Assembly: GCA_016302585.1 (NCBI GenBank) | Contig: JAEDNI010000001.1 | Span: 17,412-81,411 of the forward strand | Direction: 5' to 3' | From: Paludibacteraceae bacterium | GTDB lineage: Bacteria > Bacteroidota > Bacteroidia > Bacteroidales > Paludibacteraceae | DNA: 64,000 nt | In this document: positions 40,571 to 49,841 of the stretch, one piece after another | Layout: each line of letters begins with the position of its first letter | Position numbering within the stretch: position 1 is the first letter of the stretch | Translations under genes and position numbers: made by a program | Notes under the pieces: model-generated | What the model saw: only the letters and a program-made list of their open reading frames with translations | Databases searched by the model: none | Told to the model about the DNA's origin: nothing

Positions 40571-40588
40571 GTAAAAGGAATAGTAACA

Positions 40589-41842
40589 ATGAATTATTTA
40601 TTTACAAGTGAATCGGTGTCCGAAGGACATCCTGATAAAGTTTGCGACCAGATTTCGGACGCTATTTTGGATAATATGTTAGCGCAGGATCCGCAGGCTC
40701 ACGTAGCCTGCGAGACGATGTGTACGACCGGTCAGGTGGTGATTGCGGGAGAAGTGACCTGCAAAGGTTGGGTAGACGTGCAGCAGATCGCGCGCAAGAC
40801 GATTGCGGAAATCGGTTACACCAAAGCGGAGTATAAGTTCGAAGCGGAGAGTTGCGGTATTTTAACGGCACTCCATGCCCAATCGGCGGACATCAATATG
40901 GGTGTGAGTCGTGCGAACGTGGAGGAACAAGGTGCGGGAGATCAAGGTATGATGTTCGGCTATGCAACCGACGAGACGGATAACTATATGCCGTTAACGC
41001 TGGACCTGGCGCATACCTTAGTGTACACCTTGGCGCGTATACGCAAAGAAGGCGAACAAATGACCTATCTTCGTCCGGACAGTAAGTCGCAAGTAACCAT
41101 CGAATATAACGAACAAAATCAACCTGTTCGTATTGATACAATCGTACTCTCCACGCAGCATGACGAAGGAGTTACTCCGGAGCAAATCAAACGCGACATC
41201 GTTGATATTTTACTGCCTCGCGTAGCGAAACGCGACTCACGTTACAGCCATCTGTTAGAGATGTTTCTGCAAGACAAGGACGCGAAGTTATGGGTGAATC
41301 CGACCGGTAATTTCGTAATCGGCGGTCCTCACGGTGATACAGGTCTGACAGGACGTAAGATCATCGTTGATACTTATGGAGGACGAGGTGCCCACGGAGG
41401 AGGAGCTTTCAGCGGTAAAGACCCTTCAAAAGTGGATCGATCTGCGGCTTATGCGACGCGATGGATTGCGAAGCATCTGGTAGCGGCAGGAGTAGCGCAT
41501 GAGGCACTCGTACAGGTCAGCTATGCCATCGGCGTCGCAAAACCCGTCTCGCTCTACGTCAACACGTTCGGAACAGCTATGGTAAAGAAGAGCGATGCAG
41601 AGATTGCGAAGATCGTAGAGCAGCTGTTTGACCTTCGTCCCGCTGCCATCATTCGCGACCTGAAATTGACGCAACCGATCTATCAGGAGACCGCCAAATA
41701 CGGTCACGTAGGTCGTACGAACGAAGTAGTGACCAAGACGTTCCTGGACGCCAATGGCAATAATTACACCAAAGAAGTAGAGTTATTCACATGGGAGAAA
41801 TTAGACCGTTTAGTAGCCGTAAAAGCCGCATTTGGCTTATAA
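40589..41842 (+). CDS. metK: S-adenosylmethionine synthetase
   Basis: [36 protein letters not shown] and [16 protein letters not shown]. The start is trimmed from 40556. Confidence 0.97.
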   Translation: MNYLFTSESVSEGHPDKVCDQISDAILDNMLAQDPQAHVACETMCTTGQVVIAGEVTCKGWVDVQQIARKTIAEIGYTKAEYKFEAESCGILTALHAQSADINMGVSRANVEEQGAGDQGMMFGYATDETDNYMPLTLDLAHTLVYTLARIRKEGEQMTYLRPDSKSQVTIEYNEQNQPVRIDTIVLSTQHDEGVTPEQIKRDIVDILLPRVAKRDSRYSHLLEMFLQDKDAKLWVNPTGNFVIGGPHGDTGLTGRKIIVDTYGGRGAHGGGAFSGKDPSKVDRSAAYATRWIAKHLVAAGVAHEALVQVSYAIGVAKPVSLYVNTFGTAMVKKSDAEIAKIVEQLFDLRPAAIIRDLKLTQPIYQETAKYGHVGRTNEVVTKTFLDANGNNYTKEVELFTWEKLDRLVAVKAAFGL

Positions 41843-42366
41843 TAGCCATCGTGCTGGGGGCAGTAATAATAGACCAGGTGATTAAGATCCTGGTAGCTAC
41901 CCACATGATGCTGAATACAGGTATCGAGATCACACCGTGGTTTCAAATCAGTTATGTACTGAATCCGGGAATGGCCTTTGGTATCGAATGGTTCAGTAAA
42001 ATCGCCTTAACGCTCTTCCGCATTGTAGCGGTCGGGTTATTGGGATGGTATCTGCATGTACTGTTAAAAAAAGAAGAGACTCCTGTCGGCTATATCGCAA
42101 CGATTGCGTTTATTGTGGCCGGAGCAATCGGAAATATCATCGACTGCATTTTCTACGGCAAGTTGTTTCCTGAGCAAGAGACAGGTTGGTTCTGCGGCAA
42201 AGTTGTAGATATGTTCTATTTCCCGCTAATTCACAACAGCGCAGGAGAAGTGCTTTTCTTCCGTCCGGTATTTAATTTCGCTGACAGCTGTATTACCTGC
42301 GGCGTGATCGTGATACTGCTCTTCTATATGAAGCAGCTGAATAGCGAGGAAAAAGCGAAAAGCTAA
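41791..42366 (+). CDS. lspA: Lipoprotein signal peptidase II
   Basis: NPGMAFG and FNFADSCI motifs with 4 TM segments. The first ATG overlaps metK by 52 nt, so the start is uncertain. Confidence 0.85.
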   Translation: MGEIRPFSSRKSRIWLIIAIVLGAVIIDQVIKILVATHMMLNTGIEITPWFQISYVLNPGMAFGIEWFSKIALTLFRIVAVGLLGWYLHVLLKKEETPVGYIATIAFIVAGAIGNIIDCIFYGKLFPEQETGWFCGKVVDMFYFPLIHNSAGEVLFFRPVFNFADSCITCGVIVILLFYMKQLNSEEKAKS

Positions 42367-42376
42367 GAGGTAATAG

Positions 42377-42895
42377 ATGAAGAGCAGATTATTCATCATA
42401 ATGGGACTGATCGCGGCGGTAACTTTTACGAGTTGTCGCCCTAAAGGCATCCTGCATTCCTGGGAAATGAGGGAGATTATGGTAGACCTGCACAAGACCG
42501 ATGCGATGCTGCAAATAAGCGGGTTGACACAGGGTTATGATGAAGCTAAAAACATCTATTATGCACAGGTGTTGGAGAAACACGGCACCACACAAGCGCA
42601 GTTCGACAGTTCGTTAGTCTGGTATACGGCTCATCCGCAGTTATTCGATAAGATCTATCCGAAAGTACTGACCCAACTGAAAGCCGAAGAAGAGGCGTTT
42701 ATAGCGCAGAACGAAGAAGCACTGAACGCGCTTGCTTCTGAAACGATTGCTGTAGAAACGCCTAAAGAAGAGAGTGTGCAACGACCCTTTACACGCATGG
42801 ATTTGGATAGCGTGCTATGGGTTACACAACACGGTTATTGCACCGATTGGAATAAATGGGAGCGGAAACAACCCCTTGTTTTCGTTGATCGGTAA
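42377..42895 (+). CDS. DUF4296-like lipoprotein
   Basis: Lipobox AAVTFTSC. Its position directly after lspA is as I recall in other Bacteroidales. Confidence 0.55.
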   Translation: MKSRLFIIMGLIAAVTFTSCRPKGILHSWEMREIMVDLHKTDAMLQISGLTQGYDEAKNIYYAQVLEKHGTTQAQFDSSLVWYTAHPQLFDKIYPKVLTQLKAEEEAFIAQNEEALNALASETIAVETPKEESVQRPFTRMDLDSVLWVTQHGYCTDWNKWERKQPLVFVDR

Positions 42896-42909
42896 TGGCG
42901 AAGAACGCC

Positions 42910-43953
42910 TTAATGCATGATCTTATAGATCAATTCTTTCCACAAGTCGGCATCTTTGACAGAAGGATTATTAATTCCTTTCAGACGCGCATCGGTGTCT
43001 CGCAGATATCCGATAATTAAGAACGTTTTTCCGGCCGAGTAACGCTTGGCTGCTGTAGCGTAGTCTTTCACAAAATAGGGGTTGATACCCAATTCCTTCG
43101 CCACGTTTGCCTGACTCCTATCCGGCATGTAATGATACATGAGCAGATTTGAGAAGAAAGTGAACAGCGGAGCCAGTTCCCGAATCATCGGATGGTCTTT
43201 GCTGGACGCGAAATACTGCGCGATACGATTGGCATGCACCACATCGCCACGAATGAGTGCTGCCTGCATCTCCATGATGTTATAATCCTTGGAAATTCCG
43301 ATGTTTCGTTCCACTAAAGCGACATCGATGGTATTCACTCCTTCGGGACGACCGTCCAAGAGTTTCTGCAGCGCACCTACTATCGCGGAGAGGTCCGTTC
43401 CGATGGCATTGGCCAATAGCGGGGCTACGCGCGGATCGATATTTATTTGCTGACTGCTGTTGGCGGATTGCTTATTAAAATCAGCTATATAGGCATTTAT
43501 CCAGCGTTCTACTTCGTAATCACGCAGTTTGTCGGACTGCTGCCAGATGACCTGGGGATGTTCCGCAGCTTTCTTCCATACCCCTTGCCGTTTATCGGGT
43601 TTGCCGTTATAGCAAATGACCAATATCGTTTGGGGCATTAAGTTATCAAGATAAGCGCCAAAGGCATCCCATTTCTTAATCGATTGCGCTTCGCGCACAA
43701 TGACCACTTTTCGTCCGCCCATCATAGCAAAACCGCGTGCTGCGCCAATGATCGGAGCGATATCAGCTCCCTGCAGGTCACGCCCATAAACGATCTGGAG
43801 GTCAAACTCGCGTGCCATCTCATCCAGAGCATTTGCAGCAATGAAATCAAACACCTTATCGGTATAATAAGGTTCTTCTCCGCAAAGCACATAAATCGGG
43901 GCGTAGTTATCGGCCCGAAGGGCTTGCATAATATCTTCGTGTTTCTTAATCAT
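42910..43953 (-). CDS. holA: DNA polymerase III subunit delta
   Basis: 347 aa. The N-terminus ...YAPIYVLCGEEPYYTDKV is typical of HolA. Confidence 0.75.
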   Translation of the reverse strand: MIKKHEDIMQALRADNYAPIYVLCGEEPYYTDKVFDFIAANALDEMAREFDLQIVYGRDLQGADIAPIIGAARGFAMMGGRKVVIVREAQSIKKWDAFGAYLDNLMPQTILVICYNGKPDKRQGVWKKAAEHPQVIWQQSDKLRDYEVERWINAYIADFNKQSANSSQQINIDPRVAPLLANAIGTDLSAIVGALQKLLDGRPEGVNTIDVALVERNIGISKDYNIMEMQAALIRGDVVHANRIAQYFASSKDHPMIRELAPLFTFFSNLLMYHYMPDRSQANVAKELGINPYFVKDYATAAKRYSAGKTFLIIGYLRDTDARLKGINNPSVKDADLWKELIYKIMH

Positions 43954-44978
43954 TCCCAGTGTCGGTCTTTTGCAAAGAGTCGTTTCATTCCGCTCAGCAG
44001 GATGGCTGCTCGCATATGGCGGGCATAAGCGGGACTGTATGTATTTATTCGATCAGCATTTGCCATTCGTTCGCGCATCGTATGCCATTTACGGACGAAA
44101 CGGTTGGTTGCCGGGGTTGGTTCGTTTGCCTTGGGTGCTACCAACCGTTGCGCCAAAAGGTCTTGCCATAAACGCTCTGCCCTACTCTCTACCCTGGCTG
44201 TATAGAACGGGGCTTCGTCTTGCGGCAACTCGAGATGTTGCACCAATATCGCCATGAACAGTTGCCATACATCCATTAAGCACAAGGCTTGCAGATAGTG
44301 CTTCAGCCGCGGTTGATCCATTTGGCCTTTATAGCGATGCAGCAAGACCGTCAAGTCGTATAACTGCCTTGCATTCGCGCCCATCGAAAGCATATGTTCC
44401 CATGCATGCAGGAAGACGAAGAAGGCATTGAAGGTGGGTTCTGGAACAAGGAAAGAAGCATCCTGATATTTCATTTCGCAGGCATTCGCCATGCCATAGG
44501 TCTCGAAGGGTTCGTAGCGCCGGATATCATGCGGATGAACCAAGCCTACGCTCACACGATGCACTTCGATCGACACCCCATCTGCTATGAGGTTATAATG
44601 CTTATAATGGTCCAGTTCCTCATCGAACTTAAGCGCCTTCGGAAAGGTCTCGCGCATGACCGCACAAGCGGGATGATACTGGTTTTTTCCCACAAAGAGA
44701 TCGATATCCGACCATACCCGTTGAGACGGATCGTCATACAAAACCGCCAACCCTACTCCTTTCAGCACTACCGCCCGTATACCGGCTTTCTCGAGTGCTG
44801 CATAGGCTTGCTCAAAGACATGCCGAATCTGGACTTGTTGCTGTATAGTACAGAGACAGACAGATTTCATCTGTTGGTTCTCATGCGGCGAACAGTTCCC
44901 TTCGGCCAAGCGTTGGGGAAAGACCAGCGGCCCCACTCCCTGCGCCACACATTGATCATATGTAAGCGAATCAAGCAC
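43950..44978 (-). CDS. Uncharacterised nucleotidyltransferase family protein
   Basis: 342 aa. KGVGLAVLYDDPSQRVWSDIDLFV matches a nucleotidyltransferase G-x-[DS]...D-x-D pattern. 4-nt overlap with holA. Confidence 0.55.
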   Translation of the reverse strand: MLDSLTYDQCVAQGVGPLVFPQRLAEGNCSPHENQQMKSVCLCTIQQQVQIRHVFEQAYAALEKAGIRAVVLKGVGLAVLYDDPSQRVWSDIDLFVGKNQYHPACAVMRETFPKALKFDEELDHYKHYNLIADGVSIEVHRVSVGLVHPHDIRRYEPFETYGMANACEMKYQDASFLVPEPTFNAFFVFLHAWEHMLSMGANARQLYDLTVLLHRYKGQMDQPRLKHYLQALCLMDVWQLFMAILVQHLELPQDEAPFYTARVESRAERLWQDLLAQRLVAPKANEPTPATNRFVRKWHTMRERMANADRINTYSPAYARHMRAAILLSGMKRLFAKDRHWE

Positions 44979-46485
44979 TATGTGTCTTGCGGGTTAGGAT
45001 GGACCACATGGTAAGGAAGAAATACTTCACATCCGTTCGGAAAGGGTGCGCAAGGTATTCCGTCAAGTATTTATCTTCACTGGCAAAAAGTTCGTCGAAT
45101 GTCTTCGGATGATCGATATAGAAAGGCGGAATCAGTCCTGGTTTGCACAAAGTACGTTTCTCTTGCAGCCACTCCGGATACGTCTCAAACATCGTCTTAC
45201 TGATCGGCCTTACCCCTACCAGTTTCATATCCCTTTTGATCCAGTTGATGAGCATCGGCAGTTCATCCAACCAATACTTACGCATGAATCGTCCCCATGT
45301 AGTGATACGCCAATCGTCATTCGATTTATTGGCAATATCCATTCCTCCGCGGGCGTCGAAGACATACTGCTGAATATACTCGGCATAGGGGTGCATCGTG
45401 CGGAACTTATAGAAATACTTGATTTTCTTATGTTCGCATACACGCGGCAGTTTGATAAGCGGCCCATATACCTTAAATTGCTCTTGGGGATAAGGTTGCG
45501 AATGACGATGGGCAAAGACATACTCGATGTGCCCCATCGGGATCACTTCGTCTACCACAAATCCGCAGTAATAGAGTCGTCCGAAAACCTCGGTCTTACT
45601 CAGCATGCGTTTGCGACCGCGCGTCACATCGTAATACAGACGGCTGGTAAAGGACAAACGCGGCCAGACACGTTTATGGAAGAAATACAGGCTGTACACG
45701 ATCCAGTTAATCACAGGCGGATATTTCGCCAGAATCTTCTTCTTGATATACTCTTGCGGCCGATAGCAACATACATACCGTCCCTCATCCGGCAACTTCT
45801 GATTAATGATACAAAAGCGACGGTTGATACCCTTCGCGTCATTGAGCAGCGTCAGGTCCACGATGGTATTATAGGCGTAATCAGGTATCTGCAAGAAAGC
45901 AAAACGGTTGCGATCACAAACCGCTTTGGTCAAACGGGAGTTGAGCCGCGCCTTATCCAGCAACATCTGATAGTCCTCTTCGGTCGTCACAGAAAGCACG
46001 GACTGATGGATGGACTCGATAGAAGGCAACGGTCGTTCACGATCCTCCCGCTCCACTTGCGCCTTATAGCGCTTCTCGATCTGCATCGGTGGAACGGTCA
46101 TATTCGTCGCATACTTCCAGTAATGCTCGATCACGACCAATACCGTCTCCAATACAGCAACCATCAGGATCGTCCATTCCGCTACACGATACGACAAGCC
46201 CCATGGCAACTGCGGCAAGGCCCAGCGGCATAAGAAAACAAGGATGATGGAATCAGCCGCCAAGGAAAGAATGGATTGCCAGAACCAGGTATCTTTATAC
46301 GACCGATAGAGTTGCACAATCCAGCCGATGAATATCCAGAGGACAGCCAGCACGCCGAAGAGTGACCAATAAGCCGCAATACCACTTTTATCCGCAACCA
46401 TACGCCAAGCCCAGCACGCAAGAGCGGCCAGCACCCAGATCAACAAGTCCACAAAAATACGTCTCCTCCAGTCCTCCCGAATCAT
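44971..46485 (-). CDS. Polyprenyl glycosylphosphotransferase (bacterial sugar transferase family)
   Basis: N-terminal TM bundle and the C-terminal motif DELPMLINWIKRDMKLVGVRP ... KPGLIPPFY. Confidence 0.85.
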   Translation of the reverse strand: MIREDWRRRIFVDLLIWVLAALACWAWRMVADKSGIAAYWSLFGVLAVLWIFIGWIVQLYRSYKDTWFWQSILSLAADSIILVFLCRWALPQLPWGLSYRVAEWTILMVAVLETVLVVIEHYWKYATNMTVPPMQIEKRYKAQVEREDRERPLPSIESIHQSVLSVTTEEDYQMLLDKARLNSRLTKAVCDRNRFAFLQIPDYAYNTIVDLTLLNDAKGINRRFCIINQKLPDEGRYVCCYRPQEYIKKKILAKYPPVINWIVYSLYFFHKRVWPRLSFTSRLYYDVTRGRKRMLSKTEVFGRLYYCGFVVDEVIPMGHIEYVFAHRHSQPYPQEQFKVYGPLIKLPRVCEHKKIKYFYKFRTMHPYAEYIQQYVFDARGGMDIANKSNDDWRITTWGRFMRKYWLDELPMLINWIKRDMKLVGVRPISKTMFETYPEWLQEKRTLCKPGLIPPFYIDHPKTFDELFASEDKYLTEYLAHPFRTDVKYFFLTMWSILTRKTHSA

Positions 46486-46486
46486 A

Positions 46487-46972
46487 TCAGAAAATAGCCA
46501 CTAATAATTCCACAAACATCCATATACTGCAAATGAGCTTGAGCACCATGCCGAAGAACACACCGATGAAACTACCCATCGCTGCCCGTGTAGCCTCCTC
46601 GCGCTCCATGCCGTTACTGACCTCCGCGATATAGGCGCCGAAGTAAGGACCGACAATCACGCCTATCGGACCCAAAAACATCCCGAGAAACACCCCTATT
46701 ATACTACCCCTCATGCCGTTTGCCGTTCCACCAAAACGCTTCGTACCCCATGCCGGCACAAAATAGTCCAACAAAGTTACAACGACCGTCACAATCGCCC
46801 ATACCAGGAACACCCACCACGGGAAATGGACCTGAGAAGAAAACTCCGCCACGATCAAGCCCAACAACGAAACAGGTACTCCGGGCAAACCGGGCACTAC
46901 ACAGCCGACCAGACCAAAGATCATCAGGGCACAAGCTATTATCAGCAACGCTACATCCATATCAAATTTCAC
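46487..46972 (-). CDS. DUF456-like small membrane protein
   Basis: 161 aa, 4 TM segments, Gly-rich. Confidence 0.6.
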   Translation of the reverse strand: MKFDMDVALLIIACALMIFGLVGCVVPGLPGVPVSLLGLIVAEFSSQVHFPWWVFLVWAIVTVVVTLLDYFVPAWGTKRFGGTANGMRGSIIGVFLGMFLGPIGVIVGPYFGAYIAEVSNGMEREEATRAAMGSFIGVFFGMVLKLICSIWMFVELLVAIF

Positions 46973-46983
46973 TTTTGCGCCTG

Positions 46984-47015
46984 CAAAAGTACTGCTTTTT
47001 TTTTACATACGCAAG
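46984..47015 (-). promoter_or_regulatory. Promoter (-33 TTG / -7 TACTTTTG) for the DUF456 / sugar-transferase / NTase / holA operon
   Basis: The minus strand reads CTTGcgtatgtaaaaaaaaagcagTACTTTTGcagg. Confidence 0.7.
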
Positions 47016-47032
47016 ATTTTTTGTTAAAAAAC

Positions 47033-47063
47033 TTGCACATGTGTATTTTTTTGCGTATCTTTG
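47033..47063 (+). promoter_or_regulatory. Promoter (-33 TTG / -7 TATCTTTG) for prfB
   Basis: cTTGcacatgtgtatttttttgcgTATCTTTGcacccgattt. Confidence 0.7.
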
Positions 47064-47094
47064 CACCCGATTTATTTTGGCATATTATAGGCTT

Positions 47095-48201
47095 ATGATA
47101 ACGATAGAACAATTAAAAGACGTTCAGCAGCGCGCAGATAAACTAAAAGCGTACCTGCAAATTGACGAGAAACGAATTCAATTGGAAGAAGAGGAGTTGC
47201 ATACGCAAGCTCCGGGTTTTTGGGACGATGCGAAAGCAGCCGAGGCGCAAATGCGCAAGGTGAAAGGCATCAAGCGCTGGATAGAAGGCTACGAAGGTGT
47301 GCGTTCCGCGGTAGAGGAATTGGCGCTCAGTTTTGAGTATTACAAAGAGGAGTTGGTGACCGAAGAAGAGGTGGATGCAGCTTATGCACATGCACTCTCG
47401 GAGGTGGAGGACCTCGAGATGAAAAACATGCTGAGCCATGAGGAAGATCAAATGCCGGCTGTGCTGAAGATCGTATCCGGAGCAGGTGGAACGGAGGCAC
47501 AGGATTGGGCGGAACAGTTGATGCGTATGTATCAGCGTTACTGCGAGAAGCATGACTACAAAGTGACCATCGCGAACCTCCAGGAAGGCGACGAGGCGGG
47601 CATCAAGACCGTGACCTTCAATATCGAAGGCGACATGGCGTACGGCTATCTGAAGAGCGAGAACGGAGTACATCGTCTGGTACGCGTGAGTCCTTATAAC
47701 GCGCAAGGAAAGCGCATGACGAGTTTTGCTTCGGTGTTTGTAGTGCCCCTCATCGACGATACGATCGAAGTGGAGGTTAATCCGGCAGGCATCAGTTGGG
47801 ATACTTTCCGCAGCTCTGGAGCAGGAGGACAGAACGTCAACAAAGTGGAGTCCGGTGTGCGCTTGCATTATAAATTCATTAACCCGCTCACGAACCAGCC
47901 GGATGAGATAGTCATCGAGAACACCGAGACGCGCGACCAGCCGAAGAACCGAGAGAACGCCTTGCGGCACTTGAGAAGTCAACTCTATGAGTTGGAACTG
48001 GAGAAACGTCGTCAGGCGCAAGCTAAAGTGGAGGCCGGTAAGAAAAAGATCGAATGGGGTTCACAAATCCGTTCATACGTCTTTGATGACCGCCGCGTAA
48101 AAGACCATCGCACGAACTATCAGACGTCGAATGTCAATGCCGTGATGGACGGAGACATCGATGCCTTCATCAAAGCATACTTAATGGAATTCCCGGATTA
48201 A
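47095..48201 (+). CDS. prfB: Peptide chain release factor 2, encoded in a single frame
   Basis: MITIEQLKDVQQRADKLKAYL..., GGQ motif SGAGGQNVNKVES, and the recognition loop RVSPYNAQGKRMTSF. The start is trimmed from the 46720 ORF. Confidence 0.9.
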   Translation: MITIEQLKDVQQRADKLKAYLQIDEKRIQLEEEELHTQAPGFWDDAKAAEAQMRKVKGIKRWIEGYEGVRSAVEELALSFEYYKEELVTEEEVDAAYAHALSEVEDLEMKNMLSHEEDQMPAVLKIVSGAGGTEAQDWAEQLMRMYQRYCEKHDYKVTIANLQEGDEAGIKTVTFNIEGDMAYGYLKSENGVHRLVRVSPYNAQGKRMTSFASVFVVPLIDDTIEVEVNPAGISWDTFRSSGAGGQNVNKVESGVRLHYKFINPLTNQPDEIVIENTETRDQPKNRENALRHLRSQLYELELEKRRQAQAKVEAGKKKIEWGSQIRSYVFDDRRVKDHRTNYQTSNVNAVMDGDIDAFIKAYLMEFPD

Positions 48202-48234
48202 TGAAGAAAACGAAAGTTATCATTCAATAAAATA

Positions 48235-49455
48235 ATGGATATGAAAAAAATTACATTATTAATCTGCATTCTGTGTTCTGTATTCTGTGCTCCGATACAA
48301 GCGCAGACAGACACGACGGAAGTGAAGAAAGATACCATCGAAGGATGGAAGTTCACGACGATAGACAGCGTGGGTATCACGCGTGTGAAGGACCAGAACC
48401 GAAGTGGTACGTGTTGGGCGTTCTCTACGCTGGGATTCTTAGAGAGCGAAGTGCTACGAATCAAAGGCAAAGAGGTTGAACTCAGCCCGATGTTTGTTGT
48501 AAGCAAAACGCTGATTGATCGTGCCACGTACACCGTACGTATGTATAATGAGCCGCGTTTTGCAGAAGGAGGTTCGGCCTATGATGTGATCTACTGCATG
48601 GAGCACTACGGATTAGTACCAAAAGCTGTGATGCCCGGTATTCGCTATGGCTGGACAGAAGCGGATACGCTGCCTGTTTTCAGCGAGCTAAGTGCTGTAG
48701 CCGAAGGTTATCTGAACGGGCTGAAGAAACAGAAGAAGTTAAGTCCTGTTTGGCGCGAAGGCCTGCAAGCTATCTACGATACCTATCTGGGTCCCTGCCC
48801 TACGGAGTTTGAGTACGAAGGTAAAACGTACACCCCACTTACCTACGTCGAAAGTCTAGGATTAGTAGCTTCGAACTACGTTTCGCTTACGAGCTACACC
48901 CATCATCCGTTCTACGAGAAGTTTGCACTCGAAGTGCCGGATAACTGGCGCATGGATCAGATGTATAATGTGCCGATCGATGAGTTGATGGCTGTGATCG
49001 ATAACGCTTTAGCGAAGGGCTACACGCTGGCATGGGCGGCCGATGTATCGGAGATTGGTTTCACGCGCAAAGGAATCGGTGTGGTGCCTGATGCAGACAA
49101 AGGCGCAGACCTCACCGGAAGTGACATGGCGAAATGGGTGGGTTACACGGCCGATAAGAAGAAAGAGGAGTTGACCAAACATCCGCTGCCTGAGAAAGAG
49201 ATCACCCAGCAAATGCGTCAAGATGCCTTTGACAACTGGGAGAACACCGACGATCATGGCATGCAGATCTTCGGCGTAGCCAAAGACCAGAACGGTAAAC
49301 GCTATTACATGGTGAAGAACAGTTGGGGCACCTTACGTTCGGATTTCGGCGGTATTTGGTATATCAGCGAAGCGTATATGCGCTATAAGACGAACGATAT
49401 CCTGGTGCACAAAGACGCTATTCCTAAAGACCTGCGCAAAAAGCTTGGTCTTTAG
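48235..49455 (+). CDS. C1-family cysteine peptidase (aminopeptidase C / bleomycin hydrolase-like), secreted
   Basis: Active-site QNRSGTCWAFS, signal peptide MKKITLLICILCSVFCAPIQA, and C-terminal HGMQI...NSWG. Confidence 0.85.
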   Translation: MDMKKITLLICILCSVFCAPIQAQTDTTEVKKDTIEGWKFTTIDSVGITRVKDQNRSGTCWAFSTLGFLESEVLRIKGKEVELSPMFVVSKTLIDRATYTVRMYNEPRFAEGGSAYDVIYCMEHYGLVPKAVMPGIRYGWTEADTLPVFSELSAVAEGYLNGLKKQKKLSPVWREGLQAIYDTYLGPCPTEFEYEGKTYTPLTYVESLGLVASNYVSLTSYTHHPFYEKFALEVPDNWRMDQMYNVPIDELMAVIDNALAKGYTLAWAADVSEIGFTRKGIGVVPDADKGADLTGSDMAKWVGYTADKKKEELTKHPLPEKEITQQMRQDAFDNWENTDDHGMQIFGVAKDQNGKRYYMVKNSWGTLRSDFGGIWYISEAYMRYKTNDILVHKDAIPKDLRKKLGL

Positions 49456-49490
49456 ATTGGTTATTGATAATTGGTCATTAGTAATTGATG
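49456..49490 (+). repeat. Heptamer array ATTGGTN x5 filling the pepC-like / yigZ-like junction
   Basis: ATTGGTT ATTGATA ATTGGTC ATTAGTA ATTGATG. It begins 1 nt after the TAG stop, and its last three nt are the downstream ATG. Confidence 0.9.
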
Positions 49491-49841
49491 GCAGCAGAAG
49501 GAATCTATAAAGACCGCGGAAGTAAGTTCTTGGGGTTCGCCGAAGCGATCCAAGACGAGGAACAAGCCAAAGCGCGTATCGCCTGGTATAAGAAGAAATA
49601 CCACGATGCACGGCATGTATGCTATGCCTATCGTTTGGGCCCGAACCTATGGCGCACCAAGGATGATGGAGAGCCGCATGGAACGGCCGGAGCACCTATC
49701 TTGCGCTCGATCGATGCACGCGGGTTGGATAATATTTTAGTGGTCGTGGTGCGCTATTTCGGCGGCACGCTGTTAGGTACAGGAGGACTAATGGTCGCCT
49801 ATCGAGAAGCCTCTAAAGCAGCATTGGAAAACTATGGATAA
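49488..49841 (+). CDS. YigZ/IMPACT-family N-terminal domain protein (short form)
   Basis: HVCYAYRLG...DDGEPHGTAGAPIL...VVVRYFGGTLLGTGGL. Only 117 aa, with no C-terminal DUF1949-like domain. Confidence 0.6.
   Translation: MAAEGIYKDRGSKFLGFAEAIQDEEQAKARIAWYKKKYHDARHVCYAYRLGPNLWRTKDDGEPHGTAGAPILRSIDARGLDNILVVVVRYFGGTLLGTGGLMVAYREASKAALENYG

Noticed and set aside
45046-46233. 395-aa ORF on the + strand
   Set aside because: It is antisense to the sugar transferase gene, which carries the diagnostic DELPMLINW...LVGVRP motif. Its composition is that of a shadow ORF.
46720-47094. 125-codon N-terminal extension of prfB in the ORF track
   Set aside because: The extension runs antisense through the DUF456 gene and across both divergent promoters. 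The canonical RF2 N-terminus begins at the ATG at 47095, just downstream of the -7 box.
47143-48021. 292-aa ORF on the - strand
   Set aside because: It is antisense to prfB, which has the GGQ motif. Shadow ORF.
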